This document shows positions 43,740-63,015 of a stretch of DNA of 64,000 nucleotides, piece by piece. Position numbers and translations under genes: made by a program. The notes below the pieces were generated by a model, which did no database searches, was not told the origin of the DNA, and was given only the letters and a program-made list of their open reading frames with translations. This DNA comes from the human T2T-CHM13v2.0 reference genome, Homo sapiens, in assembly GCF_009914755.1 (NCBI RefSeq), contig NC_060926.1; one strand, given 5' to 3'. Numbering within the stretch: the stretch's first letter is position 1; every line of letters starts with the position of its first letter.

Positions 43740-43970
43740 AGTAAAACCTTCCCTGATTATCTTTTCTAAAATTCCAACTCTCTGACCTATCTTAGCAATT
43801 TTATAACACTTCCTACTCTTAGCAATTATATAACACTTCCATAGTACTTAAGACCTTCTAAAATGGTATTTACATTATTTTGTTTATTGTTTCTTTCTCT
43901 TCACTATAAGCTAAGTTAGCACAGTGTCTACTAATTAGTAAGTCTTCAATTGGTGTTTATTGAGTAAATT
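43740..43970 (+). mobile_element. L2 3' end
   Basis: aaaccttccctga...tgtttattgtt...tagcacagtgtct...tttattgagtaaat. Confidence 0.65.
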
Positions 43971-45149
43971 ACCTTGAGGTAAGCCCAGTTGGATAAAACC
44001 CTTTAGAAGTGAGTTAAAATTGTTTTAAATGACTGCTGCAAACCTTTTCACAAATAAGGTGCATTGCTAGGTGATTCTTAGGCCTTACCAATAATTTGAA
44101 TAATTTTTCAGAAAGCACTGATATTTTAATTAGGTCTCAGAACCCTCTAGCCCATATAATATAATGTAGAAACCCCAAATGATCTCCAAGTAATTTAGTG
44201 TTGACAGTTATCCTGACCTGAGATGATCTGGAGTTGGTTGAGCCCTCTTAAACCCTAATGCAATGTTCTGTTCTTTACACCATGAACAGATCCTTCCAAG
44301 GGCGAAACTAGTTATTACAAAAATAAATTAGCCTCATGAAGAGATGAATATATAGTAGAAAACCACTGCTTATAATTGGCCCATCTTTCATCCATGAATT
44401 TTGAAACAGGAAAAAAATTAAATATATGTAGTCTCTCAACCTAGGCCCTCCTCAACCTAGAATTTTCACTCTCCTTAGGGTTAGAAAGAATAATTTCGTG
44501 GTAAGAGCTGAAAAGCTAGCCATACAAGCAACATGAAAATTAGCAATCCCCTGAAGGTCACAAAGGGGTAGACTCTCCGCTCTTTGACAATAGGATCTTG
44601 TTCCCTTCCTCAGGAAGTGCATATAAAAGTCTGAGCAAGCTGGCACAGATAAATCTCCTCATCCAATGATTATATCACCCATGTTCTTGCTTTAAAAGCT
44701 TGTAATTTTCACTTTATAAATTAGCTTTTGAGTTTGGGGTCATTACTTTTACTTTACTGCTTTGTTTATTTCATTTGGCAGTATTGGATATGAGAATCGA
44801 TAGCTTGAAAAAATGTTTAAACAAAGATGATTCTCAATACGAAAATGTGGTTTCTAGTTAGAAGCATACTAAACTCTCGTGAGTCATCATTACATAAAGC
44901 CTTATTAGCAAATGCAGAGACAATAAAATGTATTATTTTAGTCCTTATTTTAATCATCAGTTCTACTAAAGATAAATCTGAATCACTGGCCTTAAACACT
45001 TAACTATTGAGAACTTATGTGGACTAAGTGACCCACCAGTTCATCTACCCTATTCATTCCTGCTTTGAGTTGGAATAGAGCCCAAATTATAGAAAAACAA
45101 AAGAAGTAAGCTGCAGGAAACTTGTGGCTAGTAATATAAATAAATCACT

Positions 45150-45262
45150 TATGTCAAAATAGATAAACAGATATGGCTCCATTACAAAATAAAAAAAGAC
45201 TTAATTTACAAAAGCAGGTGGCAGTTTTGACTTGGCCCATGAGTCATAGTTTGCCAACCTCA
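45150..45262. mobile_element. MER58-family fragment
   Basis: atttacaaaagcaggtggcag...ttggcccatgagtcatagtttgccaacctc. Confidence 0.65.
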
Positions 45263-45491
45263 AGCTTTAATGAATAAAATATCCTAGAAGCAGAAATTAT
45301 GAAATATTGTTTAATGCACCTACTTAAAGTATATATAGCTAATACATACAGTTCTAATTATGTTACAGTCATGTATCATACATTAATTCTAAATGTTTTA
45401 TTCATATTAACATATTATTGCTCAGAACTCCTGTACTTGTTCTATTCAACAGAGTAGGAATTGGAAACATAGAGAAGTTAGGTAACCTGTC

Positions 45492-45929
45492 TATATCAGT
45501 TCATAGGACTGCAATGACAAATTACCATAAACTGGGTGGTTTAAGACAACATACATTTATTCTCTACATGTTTGGATGCTAGAAGTCTAGAATCAAGTAG
45601 TCAGCAGTGCTATGCTGTCTCTGAAAGCTCTAGGAGGTGATCCTTCCTCGCCTCTTCTTAGCTTTTCCTAGAATCCTTGGCATCTTTTTTCATTGCAGAT
45701 GCATCACTGAAACTTCTGCCTCTGTCGTCACGTGACATTATCTCAGTGTGTTCCTATCTTTTCTCACCTTCTTATAAAGGCACCAGTCATATTGGAATAT
45801 AATCTATCCTAATCCAGTATAATCTCATCCTAACAGAATTATGTCTGCCATAACCCCATTTCTAAAGGGTTGAGGGAAGGGGTTAGAACTTCAACATTTC
45901 TTTCTATGGACACAACTCAATCCACAACA
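45492..45929 (-). mobile_element. MLT1B/C MaLR solo LTR, 5-bp TSD ctgtc/ctgcc, inside a MIR
   Basis: acaaattaccataaactgggtggtttaa...caccagtcatattgga...cacaactcaatccacaaca. Confidence 0.88.
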
Positions 45930-47694
45930 CTGCCTAATAAAATTTTACATTATATGAATAGTACATAGTCATGGGTGCATAACATCAATGATGTTTTCAG
46001 TATAAGCACAATTAAAAGAATATTTAATTTTTTTCATTTATAAAATATAGTTTCATAAATGTATAATGTTTAATAACTTTAAATATGTTTATTACAAAAT
46101 AAAGGTCATATGCTTATCTGAGCACATTTTGGAATTAAGTAAATGATGCCCACAAATTATATTGATATTAATTGGTAAAAGTAATTTTTCAGCCAGGAAC
46201 AATCATGCACAATTAGACTAGAGTTGGGAAAATCTGAGGATGATCTGGGGGCATTATGTTGTCTGGGAAATATTGTGGGAAAGTCAGGAATGTCATTCCA
46301 GGAATGTCAAAACTTATGCAATGCAGGGGACAACTGTACCAACCAAGAACTGTCTTTCTCAAAGTGGCAAAAGATAAATGATAAGCTAACCACAACTGAT
46401 CTTTCTGAAGCAAATCTAGTGACTTATGACAATCACAACTAAGTCAATGGAGCACTGATAATTCTTGAAAATTCAGAAGAATTCCATCTACATTCATGAC
46501 TGTGTAGGAGCAACTTTGCAATTTTATATGTTAATATAATACGGTGTTACCTTCTCATCAAGTTCTACTACTGAGCTAATATTGGTTTATGCACACCAAC
46601 TTTTAGTATCCAAAAGAACTAGCCCTTGCTCTTCACCCCAAATAGATCTGAATGAAATTGTTCATTATTTATGTATAATAAATAAAAAAAAAAACCTTGA
46701 GTTTCTGAATAAATACCTGACCTATTAAGAAGACCCTATTGGCTCACTAGTGGATCTGTAACTTGAAAATCATTAGTCTACTGTTTTAGACTGCTAAAGA
46801 CTGATTTCCTGGTGTCTAAGAGCAGGGTCTAGTCCTTTAGCCAAAGACGGCCTTAGAGATTACAGAGGCCATAAAGAATTACTAGAGAGGCATAAAACCA
46901 AAACAAGTTTTATTTGTCACTTCTTACCTTCTGGATACCAAAACTTAGTGGAAGGGGATAGAACAGAAAGTCCCTATTTCTTATGGAAAAAAAATTACAG
47001 TTCTTTTTTTTTTTTTTTTAGACAGTGCGCACAAGTTTATGGGGTAGATAAAGGGGGATAGGAGTCTTCTACTTCTTTTGGATTCTTGAGCGACTCAAAT
47101 TTATCCTTTCTGGTCAGGAGAGAAACTTCACTTCGGTCAAGAGGTTATATAGCTGGTAATAGCAGTGACACAGGCCGGAGGACATGGCCAGTTTTTTTCA
47201 AGCTGTCCTGAATAGAAAGTGAGTATATGTCTTTTTTAATGGGTCTAACTGGGAGTATTTAGGGCTGTCATCTAGAGTAGCGAGATACTCACAGTGGAGG
47301 CCAGAAAAGCACAATAAACTCACTAGTCTCCTCAAATGGCATCACTGAAAATCAATCACACTCATAATTCAAACAGCATTTGCATGTGAATTTATATCAG
47401 GGCACTAAAGCAAAGCTGCATATACTTGGTTGTAATTTTGGGCAGTAGATGTCAAATAATTTATGGGCACTGCATGCTTACTGAATGAAAGCCTTATTAG
47501 CAAAGGGGGTCCCAGGATTTGTGAGTAGAATTACTGCAAGGACCATCAATATAACTAAACAATGACAAAAGAGGGTATCTTCTTATTCATCGTTTGAAAG
47601 ATGCTTCAAAAACCAAATTAAAACCAACTTCTCCTTCCAAAATACTGTAATCAGTAGTCCTCCCCCAAACACTAAACTTCTTTCTTTTATTTAC

Positions 47695-47947
47695 TATTAC
47701 CTTCTTTCTACTTCTCCGAGACATCATTATTAAATTGGCAGTTCTATTTTCTACTGTTTTTTTTTCTGGCTTCTGTCTCAGTAAAGTACTCAAAGAATCA
47801 TTGAATTTCTAAAGTTAAAGGGGTGTGTCTTTCGAAGAGATGCTTCCATATCAGCTTGTCTTAGAATGTCTGGCTACCCTGGTTCAGTGTCTCTAGCAAT
47901 TTGGCTTCATCAAAAACAATGTGTTGAGATATTTTATTTACGTATAA
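47695..47947 (+). repeat. Copy 1 of a ~252-bp non-tandem duplication of unique DNA
   Basis: Aligns to 49943-50194 with ~14 substitutions and 2 small indels (hand count). Confidence 0.95.
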
Positions 47948-49357
47948 CATATGTGCTTGTGCACATGCAGACACACACACCTGAAATCAACAAGGGAAAA
48001 AGGAGCTTAGCTAACAATGAGTCAAGCCATATCTTACCATTGCATCTTCTACCTTTTGCAAGTTCTCCCGGATAGCCAATACAGGACGATATAGGCCTAA
48101 TTAAAATACTTGGAAAACAAAAGAAAGAAATTCCTATCTCATAATAGGCCCATCTTATTAGTTATTAATTCTCTAGTACAAAGAGGACCAACAGAATGTT
48201 CAGTAGGCAGAACAAGCATTGTTGAAAATGTGCCACCATCAATTACTATTGATTAAGAGTGATGATCAGTGTGTTAAGGACTTTGTGATCTGGAAAAATC
48301 TGTTTATGAATCTTAGTCATACTTTTTTCCCTTTCTCTCACAATCTATAGCACATTTTCTCAGTTTTTGTTTTTATTTTTATGTTATACAACAGCAGAGG
48401 GCAAAAAGCTTTGCTCATCAGTTTAGCATTAATAAGGGGTGTTATGTGCTTTAACATTATTCTCCAAACACACCAGTGTTCCTGTTTTCTTTGCTTTCTT
48501 CTCCTTAGTGGAAAGCTGTCTTCACTAATTAAAATTCATTATCTTCTCCTGAAACAAAGAGGCTGAAAAATTATGAGCTGACTACTTCTATCATGCTTAA
48601 TAAATCCCTGGAGAACAAACAATGTCCCTTTAGGGGGGTTCTTTTTAAAATTCAAATCTGTTTGGTGACATAGTAGCTTCAATTACATTGTTAGGTTTGC
48701 CATTTGTGGCATCCAGCTATGAACATGAAGTGGTCAGATATTCACGATTTATAGCACTCACTCGTCCTTAACGAGCACATACTTTCAAATATATTCCACA
48801 TTGACTCTTCACCACTACCTGCAAAATTGTTTCATCATCAGTCTATCTTGGTGAGCAAAAACTCTTGATAGGCTATGATGTTATTCTCCAACATTAATAA
48901 TCCTAAAATTCAGGCATTTTCCCAGCTTGGCTCAGCCCATCTGACGTTGCCTCTTTTTCGGTTGATATAAATTCATTCGATGTTGTTATCTTTGTTGTTT
49001 CTTCTTTACTGCCTATAACATTCCTGTGAGGTTTCTCAATCTGTTTGGTCTATATCAGACAAGTTTAAGTGGGAGTGTGTGCTTGAGAGTTTGGGAGAGA
49101 GAAACTCTGACGCTCAGAAGCTACTGATCTCATTTCTCATCACTTACCTGTCTCAGTCCTCACTATTCTGTTTTTCTTGATTAAATTATCCACCATTCTT
49201 AATTTTGTCACAATCATTAGTGTTGTAAACTAAGTAATAATTTGCATAACATATAAAATAAAAGGGAAAGATTAAGATAATGGCTTTGAAGCCCAAAGAC
49301 ATTGTTGCTGTGTTTCTTATTACTTATAAAATCTTTAGCAAGATACTCAATGTTCTA

Positions 49358-49680
<323 letters not shown>

Positions 49681-49942
49681 TTAGTGGCTGGAATAGGTTA
49701 TAAAATAGTAATACTTTTTAATAATGACTTTTTTGAGTGACTGTTACATTTCTAATATTCAGTGAGTTTTATGTCACCCAAACCTTCCATATACCTGAGG
49801 AGAAAGTAAATTATCTGTGGAAACAGAAAATGTATCAGACTCTTCTCAATGTCCCAGGCTACACAGGAAAAGGATGTGGCCTGGATAAATGAGATGTTTT
49901 GATGGTTTCATACGGAAAGGAAAAGTCAGCATTTGGTAGCTT

Positions 49943-50194
49943 TATTACGTTCTTTCTACTTCTCCGAGACATCATTATTAAATTGGCAGTTCTATTTTCC
50001 ACTATTTTTTCTGGCTTCTGTCTCTCAATAAAGTACTTGAAGAATCACTGAATTTCTAAAGTGAAAGGAGTGTGTCTTTCAAAGAGATGCTTCCATATCA
50101 GCTTGTCTCAGTATGTCTGGCTACGCTGGTTCAGTGTCTCTAGCAATTTGGCTTCATCAAAAACAATGTGTTGAGATATTTTATTTACATATAA
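49943..50194 (+). repeat. Copy 2 of the ~252-bp duplication
   Basis: See 47695-47947. Confidence 0.95.
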
Positions 50195-51249
50195 GAGTAA
50201 TGTAACAGGACTTCATAACCTGTCCTCTTATACCACCTCTAAAATCAACCCAATTTGATCACTGTCACTGTCTATGCTTTCTTCTTGTTTTTTCTCAAAG
50301 TCTGTTCTACATGGTTGTAAGTTTGTATTTCCACAATTACTTGTCTTTTTCATATTTGTCTAATGAAAGAATGGGTACCAACTCAACACCTGACATTAAG
50401 GAACATTGTATACTATCTTTATGGGTATCCGGAGGCTTAGATCAGTTCATAGATACACAAATAATTTTCAGTGGGGTGATAAGGATCGACAGTTGAAGTG
50501 GGCCTGTTCTTGATTGGACATGATGCTCTGATGGCCCCTTTACTTCACTCCAAACCTTGTGATTCTAACATTTTACAACATTTTTACCCTCTCTCCACTT
50601 GGAACTTTTTTATTTGAATGTGTGTTGGGAAAATGAGGTCTTGGGTGTTGCAATAGTAGACCCTTCTTGAGCACGGCCTGCCATTCGTGTTATTTTGTTT
50701 TTGTTTTTAACTGGAAAGAGCCTGCATTAAACTGGTTCTGATGCCAGAGGACTTATTCTCATTCTCAGCTCTTCTATTTCTCCGGCACTCCTCCTTCACA
50801 CATTTGCAGGCTCTGCCTACCTCTTCAGAGCAAATGCTTTCATTTCCTGCTTCTCTTCTTTTGAGTTCCTAAAGAGAAAGAAAGAAAATATATTCAGGTG
50901 TTAGTTAAGAAGCAAACTCTCAATAGTATCTAGCACATGTGGACCAATGTCAAACAGACAGGAGCAAAGGATAAGGGAGAGAGAGAGAAATAGAAGAGAA
51001 GAGAGAGACAATAAATAATGAAGAAAGAGAAGATAGAGCCAAAGCTATAGTTACTGAGTCCCTGTTTTATCAGCCCATTTACATGGAAGAATGAGTAAAG
51101 AAATGGCTGAATGTACTCTTCTAATAGTATTCCATCAAAAATGGAAGGCTCTTTCTTTCAATGGAGGGTGAAGAATAAAGAAACAAGTGTTTTTCAGGGA
51201 GATGTCTTCAGATCAGTCTTACGTGCTCCACGTAACACATATCCACATG

Positions 51250-52285
51250 TTTACAGACAACTTCAGCTGATTGTGCCATAGGCAATTCAAACTAAACATG
51301 ACCAAAGTTGAAATCACAACCACCAAAACCTGCCTTTCTATAAATAAGTGGCGGATATCTTGGCCATTTCTTCTTCCTCATTCTGCTGTCTGTTCAAGTA
51401 CAAAACAACATTCTATATTACCACATAAATACTAATAATTGAAAATGCATTATATCTCAGATATTATGTTGAGTACATACTCCATCTTGCTCCATTTTTT
51501 CTACAACTCTATAGGGTAAGTTGCATAATCTCCATTTTATGAATGAGAAAACAGAAAATTAGAAAGGTTAAGCACAATTCTGAAGTAATATGCTTCTCAA
51601 GTGTATGATCTTAATCAATGTGGACAACCACCACCCCACACCTGGTCTTTTCATCTTACACATTCTGCTATCCTTTGTTATCTTTTGCCTGGAGTCTATT
51701 GCAATAGACCAGAAAATTGACCCTTCATTTTCAGACTTGACTCCTTACAATTCATCCTCCACAATCACTGCCTCCGGAGCCCTAATTCTAAAATGCAAAT
51801 CCAATCAAGCAAATTTTCTGCTATAAAAGTTTCATAGACTCCCCGTCAGGACACAACTGCTGCCTATCTGTAGAATTTGATCTTTTTCCCTTCTCCTACA
51901 CACATCCTAGGCTCTGCTGACGCTGAATTAATTGTCATTCTCAGGAAATGCCAGGCTCATTCCTGGCTCCTTGCCTTTGTACATGTCATTTCCTTCCTCT
52001 GACTAAAATGCAATTATCTCACTTACCCAGCCTCAGTCTTTGAAAGGCAAACTCTAACTTCATTATGAGTTTAAATTTTACCCCCTTGATGAACCTATCC
52101 TTAAGCATATTTCAGCACACACCTGTCAGACTGCAGGCATTACATTACATAATTGCTATGTAGCAGGTATATCCAATTGTAAAAGCCTTGGATAACACAG
52201 AGAATCTTTATGTCTGTGTTCCTTGTGACCAACACAGTGACTGGCACATAACAGGTGCTCAATATGCCATTTATTCAATTGAATA
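51250..52285 (+). mobile_element. L2 3' region with a nested MIR (~51430-51600)
   Basis: ggcaattcaaactaaacatgaccaaa, ttctaaaatgcaaatc, cacagtgactggcacataacaggtgctcaata. Confidence 0.75.
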
Positions 52286-52831
52286 AGGACATCCCATACC
52301 TCCAGAACTGTATTTAAGATCCCCCTCTTGGAAATGAAACACAATGTAGAATTCTACTTATCAATATTCTGCAGATGACAGTGTGAGCTGATGCTAGATT
52401 GAAATTAATAATAAGGAAAATGTACGTTGACTCTTTCACTTGCAGTGGGAACCCTTGAGAAAAAGCCACCTTCCAGGGCAAATGCTTTTCTTTCCCATAA
52501 AAACAAGCAAATTGTAAAGAAGTACAAATATATGCAATTTTTGAATTTTACTTATCTTATGAAAAGGATAAAAGCTCTGATGAGCCACCTAATTAGAGTT
52601 TGAGGAGTTGTAAATAGATTTTTAGGGAGCCATGAAAAATATAGCTATTAGGAAACAAAACGTTCTGAAGGATTGAAGGGTATGCTGAATAATGCAAGGC
52701 ATAGAGCAAGAACAGAAAGAAAGGAGGTAGGGAAGGCATTAAATTTATGGAGCCATAAGAGTTGTATATATCCTGCCTCCTTAACCTTCACCAGGTGCTG
52801 GTAAATTAATAAGGCTCTAAGTTTCATAGTG

Positions 52832-55832
<3,001 letters not shown>

Positions 55833-55937
55833 GGTAATATCTACCTGTAGTCACACATCTGGGAAAGTGTTTTCCACCCTCACTTAAAATTTTATACGCC
55901 TTCTGGTTTACTATCTGGGTTTAAACTGGAAGGAGCT

Positions 55938-55997
55938 TAGAATGGGTTTGTACTGGTTTGAGACAAACCCATTCTATGGGTTTCAAACCAGTACAAA
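55938..55997. repeat. Nested inverted repeats (fold-back structure)
   Basis: 55938-55951 / 55963-55976 (14 bp) and 55947-55961 / 55983-55997 (15 bp) are perfect reverse complements. Confidence 0.93.
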
Positions 55998-57634
55998 GAG
56001 GAAAATACAAACTGTGAGTCATTTGTGCAAAATGTCAAGCTCTAGCTTGCCTAAATACACACATATCCTAATCAATTAAAAGATGACTCTCATTGGCTCA
56101 CACATTTATGCCTGCAGCATTTACATCAAATCAATAAAATCCAGGCTGACTCAAAAATAATTAATAAAATGAAATTTAGAAAGTAGGGTTTCTAATTTAC
56201 ATTAGACTGAGCTAGTATTTCAAGTTCCTTCCAACTCTCATTCTAACATTATTCTAGGTTCACCTTTATTTCCCCATTTAGAAAATGTTTTTAATTCAAG
56301 ATCTTCGGTGGTAAACACAATTTAGGTATTTTAATGGTTGTGATAATCCAAAAGCCAGCTGATAGAAACTGTTAGATTTGTTAGACTAATGTGAAAATAT
56401 ATTTGTGTCAATTATGAAAAATTTTATATAGTAATTTATTGAAAAATACACAAATGTTTTGTGAGGTAGTTCTGTCTGAGTGGCTTGTGGGATTTTTCTG
56501 GTGGGTAAAGAGAGGTCATTTCCATTTGAATATCAGTTGTATTAATGACAAAAGACCCAGCTGAATTTTTTAAATGAAGTTTCTTTAGTCAACATTTCTA
56601 TATAATTAAATTTTTTATGAAACTGTCTTTTAGCCACTCAAGGACTTCCCGGCATCCTCTCAAGGTTAGGGTCTTTAAATGCCATTACACGGGGTGATGT
56701 TTTTTGCCTCTGGGAATCTCTATAACTCATCTACTTTTACATTTCTCAATCCCTATCATTTTCCCTGTTTTTCTCAGTCACAAAACTGGAATCTACTTCA
56801 GAGATGTTCTGCCTGAATTGAGATTTAAATTATTTCCAAGTAAAATTCACAAATGCTGATTTAGGTCTCTTGTACCTCTTCTCAATTCCCTCTTCACATA
56901 CTTGAATTTTAATTACAATTTAATATACGATCCCAATGTATTGCTTTTATATATAAATACGTATCTTGATATAGCATCCTGTGTCAGGTTGTTAATTGCT
57001 ACCAATAGTGTAACAGACAGACACTTAAAGAAGTAAATAAAGTTAAATTTTCAAAGCTTTCAGAGTATTATGAGATAAGTACTTTCCATACTCTCAATAT
57101 CTGCTGACAGGGAGTCTAAATTGATATAAGATTTTTTGAAAAATATATATTAAGACTTTGAAGTGTTGGTACCCTTTTGGCTGTGTGATTGCATTTATGA
57201 TAAACTATATTACAAAATTATTCTTAATTCTAAAATATATTTTAGCACATAGATGCTTCTAGCAGCATGATTTATAAAATTGATCTAATTAATTACAAGT
57301 AGGCAGATATAAAAAAGATTATCCTAAAATCATAGGACAAAATATGATCCCATTAATAAAATGTTTAGGATGAATTATGACATCTTTGACAAAATTCTGC
57401 ATTGCAAATATTGAGTTCAGTGGTAGACTACAAAATTAAATATTTACTAATGCATGAAGTTTGCAAAATATACAAAGGTGAAGAACTAGATGAAAATGCA
57501 TAAATATCAATAGCTATGTCTCTGGGTAGTGATATTTACATTCTTATTTTACTTTTTGTAAATTTGTGTATTTTAAAAATATTCAACAATAAAAAACTAA
57601 AATTTTATGGTTATAAGAAAAACTTTAATTTTGA

Positions 57635-57863
57635 ACATTTTTATTTTCATTTTTTGTGAGCATATAGTAGATGTATATATTTACAAAGTACATAAGATAC
57701 TTTGATATAGGCATGCAATGCATAATAATCACATCAGGGTAAACAGAGTATCCATCATCTCAAACATTTATCCATTGTGTTACAAACAATTCAATTATAC
57801 TCTTTAAGATTTTTTTAAAGCATAATTAAATTATTATTGACTAGAGTCACCATGCTGTGCTAG
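57635..57863 (-). mobile_element. L1MA2/3-like 3' end, interrupted by the ERV
   Basis: ataggcatgcaatgcataataatcacatcagggtaaa...ttacaaacaattcaattatactc...gtcaccatgctgtgcta. Confidence 0.85.
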
Positions 57864-58600
<737 letters not shown>

Positions 58601-58611
58601 TTCCCCCCTCT
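58601..58611 (-). other. Retroviral polypurine tract
   Basis: Minus strand agaggggggaa directly abuts the TG of the LTR. Confidence 0.85.
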
Positions 58612-59139
58612 AAAGAAGCACATCTAACTGCCCTTAGAAATAAGTCTAGGGACAAAGACCAATCTTAACTGCTTCCTGCTCACAGGGGGCACTGTTTTGG
58701 GAAAATGGCAGTCACAGCTCCCTCAGAGGTCTATCTAAGGGTCCCCAGCAGAAGGGGCCATTGTCTGAGGCTCCGGATGCATGACTAGAGTTTGATGGCC
58801 TGAAGACTAGAAGAGATAAACCAGGTTATTAGAAAGCATGTATCAAAATGAAATAAGGGGGCAGTAAGGACAGCTCAAAAATCTCAAGATCTTTTACCTG
58901 TTTGCACAGGGAGAAGGAAGCCAAAAGACCAACTGGTTAAAAAAAAGCTTTTACCCTTTTGCTGATATGTGAGGCTTCTGGGTTCCTTTCCCCTGAGCCC
59001 AATTCTAAGACAAGTTTAAGGTTTGGGAAATTAACTTTTCCCAGGTTGGAGGGTGCATCTGATGGAAGTGTCCCATGTGGGGAGACACCGTTACCTATCT
59101 GTAAAGAGAGGACAGAGGAGGAAAAGGGAAAACAAACAA

Positions 59140-59227
59140 ACAAAAAAAGGTGTTTTTTTTCAAAGGAGTCCCAGGGGTTCAGGATAAATTCAAAAGGGGT
59201 ACAGACTGAAGATGAATGGCTACTCAT
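59140..59227 (-). pseudogene. Truncated gag matrix N-terminus remnant
   Basis: MSSHSSSVCTPFEFILNPWDSFEKKHLF resembles the HERV-W/9-type gag start (TPLxCILxxWDxF...KKRLIF). Confidence 0.55.
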
Positions 59228-61853
59228 CTAGAAAGAGGGGAGTGAGGCATCCCAGGATCCCTTCTCTTCCTAGTGAATACCTGGGGTATGTGAAGGAGAG
59301 AAAGTGAGGAGTCTCTCTTTCTTTCTTCTGTCATTATATCCCTAAGTCCCGGCAACCATGACACGGTACCGCCCATGGGTGTCAAGGTGGCTTTCGCCCT
59401 TGTTAACAAGGGGACCTAGGGAGTGGGAATATTTGCTCTTACCCATATACATCCTGTCTTCCCTGCTGTCAGTAGCCTTTGAGTTCCCTAGGCTTCATTT
59501 ATGCCATGGATACTAGCATGGCCTTTATCCATGAAATAGGAAGCTTGGCTTAAGTGGCAGGAATCAGTCATGCTCACCAGTGCTGTGCTTTTTAACTTCT
59601 GTTATCATCTGCCTCTGGATCTCTCAGGTCCAGTTTTCTTTCCTAGGGCTTTGACAGGAAGCTTGGAATGGAGTTTGGGGTAAAAAATATGGGGGGTTGC
59701 GTAGACTCCTTAACATAAGCCGAATACTAAGGTGAAGCTGTGTAATAAAGTCCTCCAATAAGGGAGAGAAAAGGATGTCTTGTGACATGCCCAGATAACT
59801 GTTGGCTATAGGTATGCTTGCAAAGATCTGGGTGTATGGGGCTTGGCTTTGACTGGCTCCCTTGGTCTTACTTTCCTAAAAAGGAAACCTTTGAGTGATG
59901 GGCACCCTATTTATTCCCATCACCTGGCAGGATTTGCAGGATATTTGCTCAGAACTAGAATATGGATCCAGATTTTTACATTACCCATCCCTTTTGTTCT
60001 TTCTGAGCTGCCATCTGAGATGTCTGTTTGGTCCACTGGAACAAACAGGGTTAGTCTAAAATGTACAGAAAAACTTAAAAATGACTACTGAATCTAGAAT
60101 TTAATGACAAATGTTTAAGTTTTGAAACACAATTTCTCTCTCTCCAGTCCTCATTTTTGTTAAAAACAAATCATGATAGGACTGGGTCATTTGCAAAATA
60201 AACTTTAGTCTTATGCTTGGCCTGATTATTTCCATAAAGTGCAGCAAGAATAATTATTTCTACGTAGGCTTTTAAAATTTGCTTTAATGGAACTCTGTTT
60301 CACAAGGAATCTGAGATAGAACTTTCTAAAGCTGCACCCACCCATGGGTTTGTACCCTCAAATACCTGTGACTTAGGTAAACTCCTCTCTTCTTGAGATC
60401 TCAAGAGCATAGGGTTCCTGGGACTGTTGGAAAGTGACATTTTTTACTCATTGCATGTTAGGAACCATGTACAGGGGACTGTGTAGACAAGGTGTGATGC
60501 CAGTTTTCCCTCTGTGAGGGACTGTTATTGGCTCTGCAAGTCAAACTTAACTCCTTAAGAGGAAGCATATCCTTCCAGTCAAAACCTTGGTAAAACAACC
60601 AGTTTCTCCAATTGTATCCTGTTGCAAAAAAAGAAAAAAAACTGGATTCCTATTGCACAGATGTAAACAACTATATTGCCATAAGTTAAGAATACTCACA
60701 ACTAGTTTCCAAATTCTGGAGAAGCCAGGCAGAAAGAGAGAGACAAATATGCTCCAAATTTTGTTCACAGGAGTATACCTCACTCAATTATTAAAGGTCA
60801 TACATAGCTCAAGACAAGTTTCCTTGACTCTGAAAAACGAAACCAGGATCAGGAATGTTCCAAGCAAAAGTCAAAAAGATTACTTCAGTTTCCACAGGCC
60901 ATTCAGTTAACTCTTGTTCTGCTTGATATTCATGAACATTTCAGCTCTTCAAAAGCCCTGTAAGTTTTTTCTTTATTCCAGTGTCACAATCTCCAAATTA
61001 CCAGAAACATGCATTTGAGAACACCTGTCAAAGTTCTATAGCAGGTTATAAATCATGTTTCGAAGAGGATCAAAACAAGACAACAATTGTCTGTGGATAA
61101 CAAAATGTCCAGAGTAGTTACAGTTGAAAGCATGGTTGACAAAGAAATTTGGTTATCTCCATGGTTTACAATAACTTAAAATAACAACCTTAATTGTGAT
61201 TGATAGCATATGTGCAGACATTAGAATTTTATAAATCCCATACAATTTTGAAACATATATTAATATTATTCCCTAAAATATAACCTAAGAAGATTAAACA
61301 TCATTTTGGCAATCCAATGTACCTAAACATGTCAGCTAATTCTGTTTACCTCTCTTCTGGATGATCCGGGGGCCCTCTGTAGTATCCAAAAGCCAGGCAC
61401 AAGGAAAGACAATTTTGAAACTGAAGTTTGATTTTGGAAGCCTATTAGATGTTAGAGGTTTAAAACACTTGATGTTATGAAATAAAATTCCAGATTACCA
61501 TAAGTTATTTATTTCACCAAAATGTTGATGCAGAAATTTAAAAAAAATCAAAAACTTTTTATAACCCTTTTGAATTTAGTCAATGTTCACACATGGAACT
61601 TCTTTTGCAAGATTAATTTTTACAGTCCTTCCACAACGTGTTTAAATAGCTTTATCTTATCTAATTTTAAACTATCCTTTAACCCCAGGCAAAAATTTAC
61701 ATTTTTATGACATCTGCATTTTACCAATAATCTTTAAGCTGTTTTTATTTGTCAAAGATTAAAGTCATGTGAGGCAAAAGTTACCACGGCTTTTATCTTA
61801 CCTTTAAAAAATATTTGATCCAAGTGTTTGTCCTTCTTGAAGTCAGTTAATTA

Positions 61854-62561
<708 letters not shown>

Positions 62562-62699
62562 CTACTGAGAAAAAAAAAAAAAAAACTTTTCCAGCAAAAC
62601 AAGACCCAAGAAAATAAAAACATAAAGGCCTTTCAATTATGCCTATAACTTGCATATCCACTTTTAATTAAGCTGAGCACACTTTAAGAAAATTTGTAG

Positions 62700-63015
<316 letters not shown>

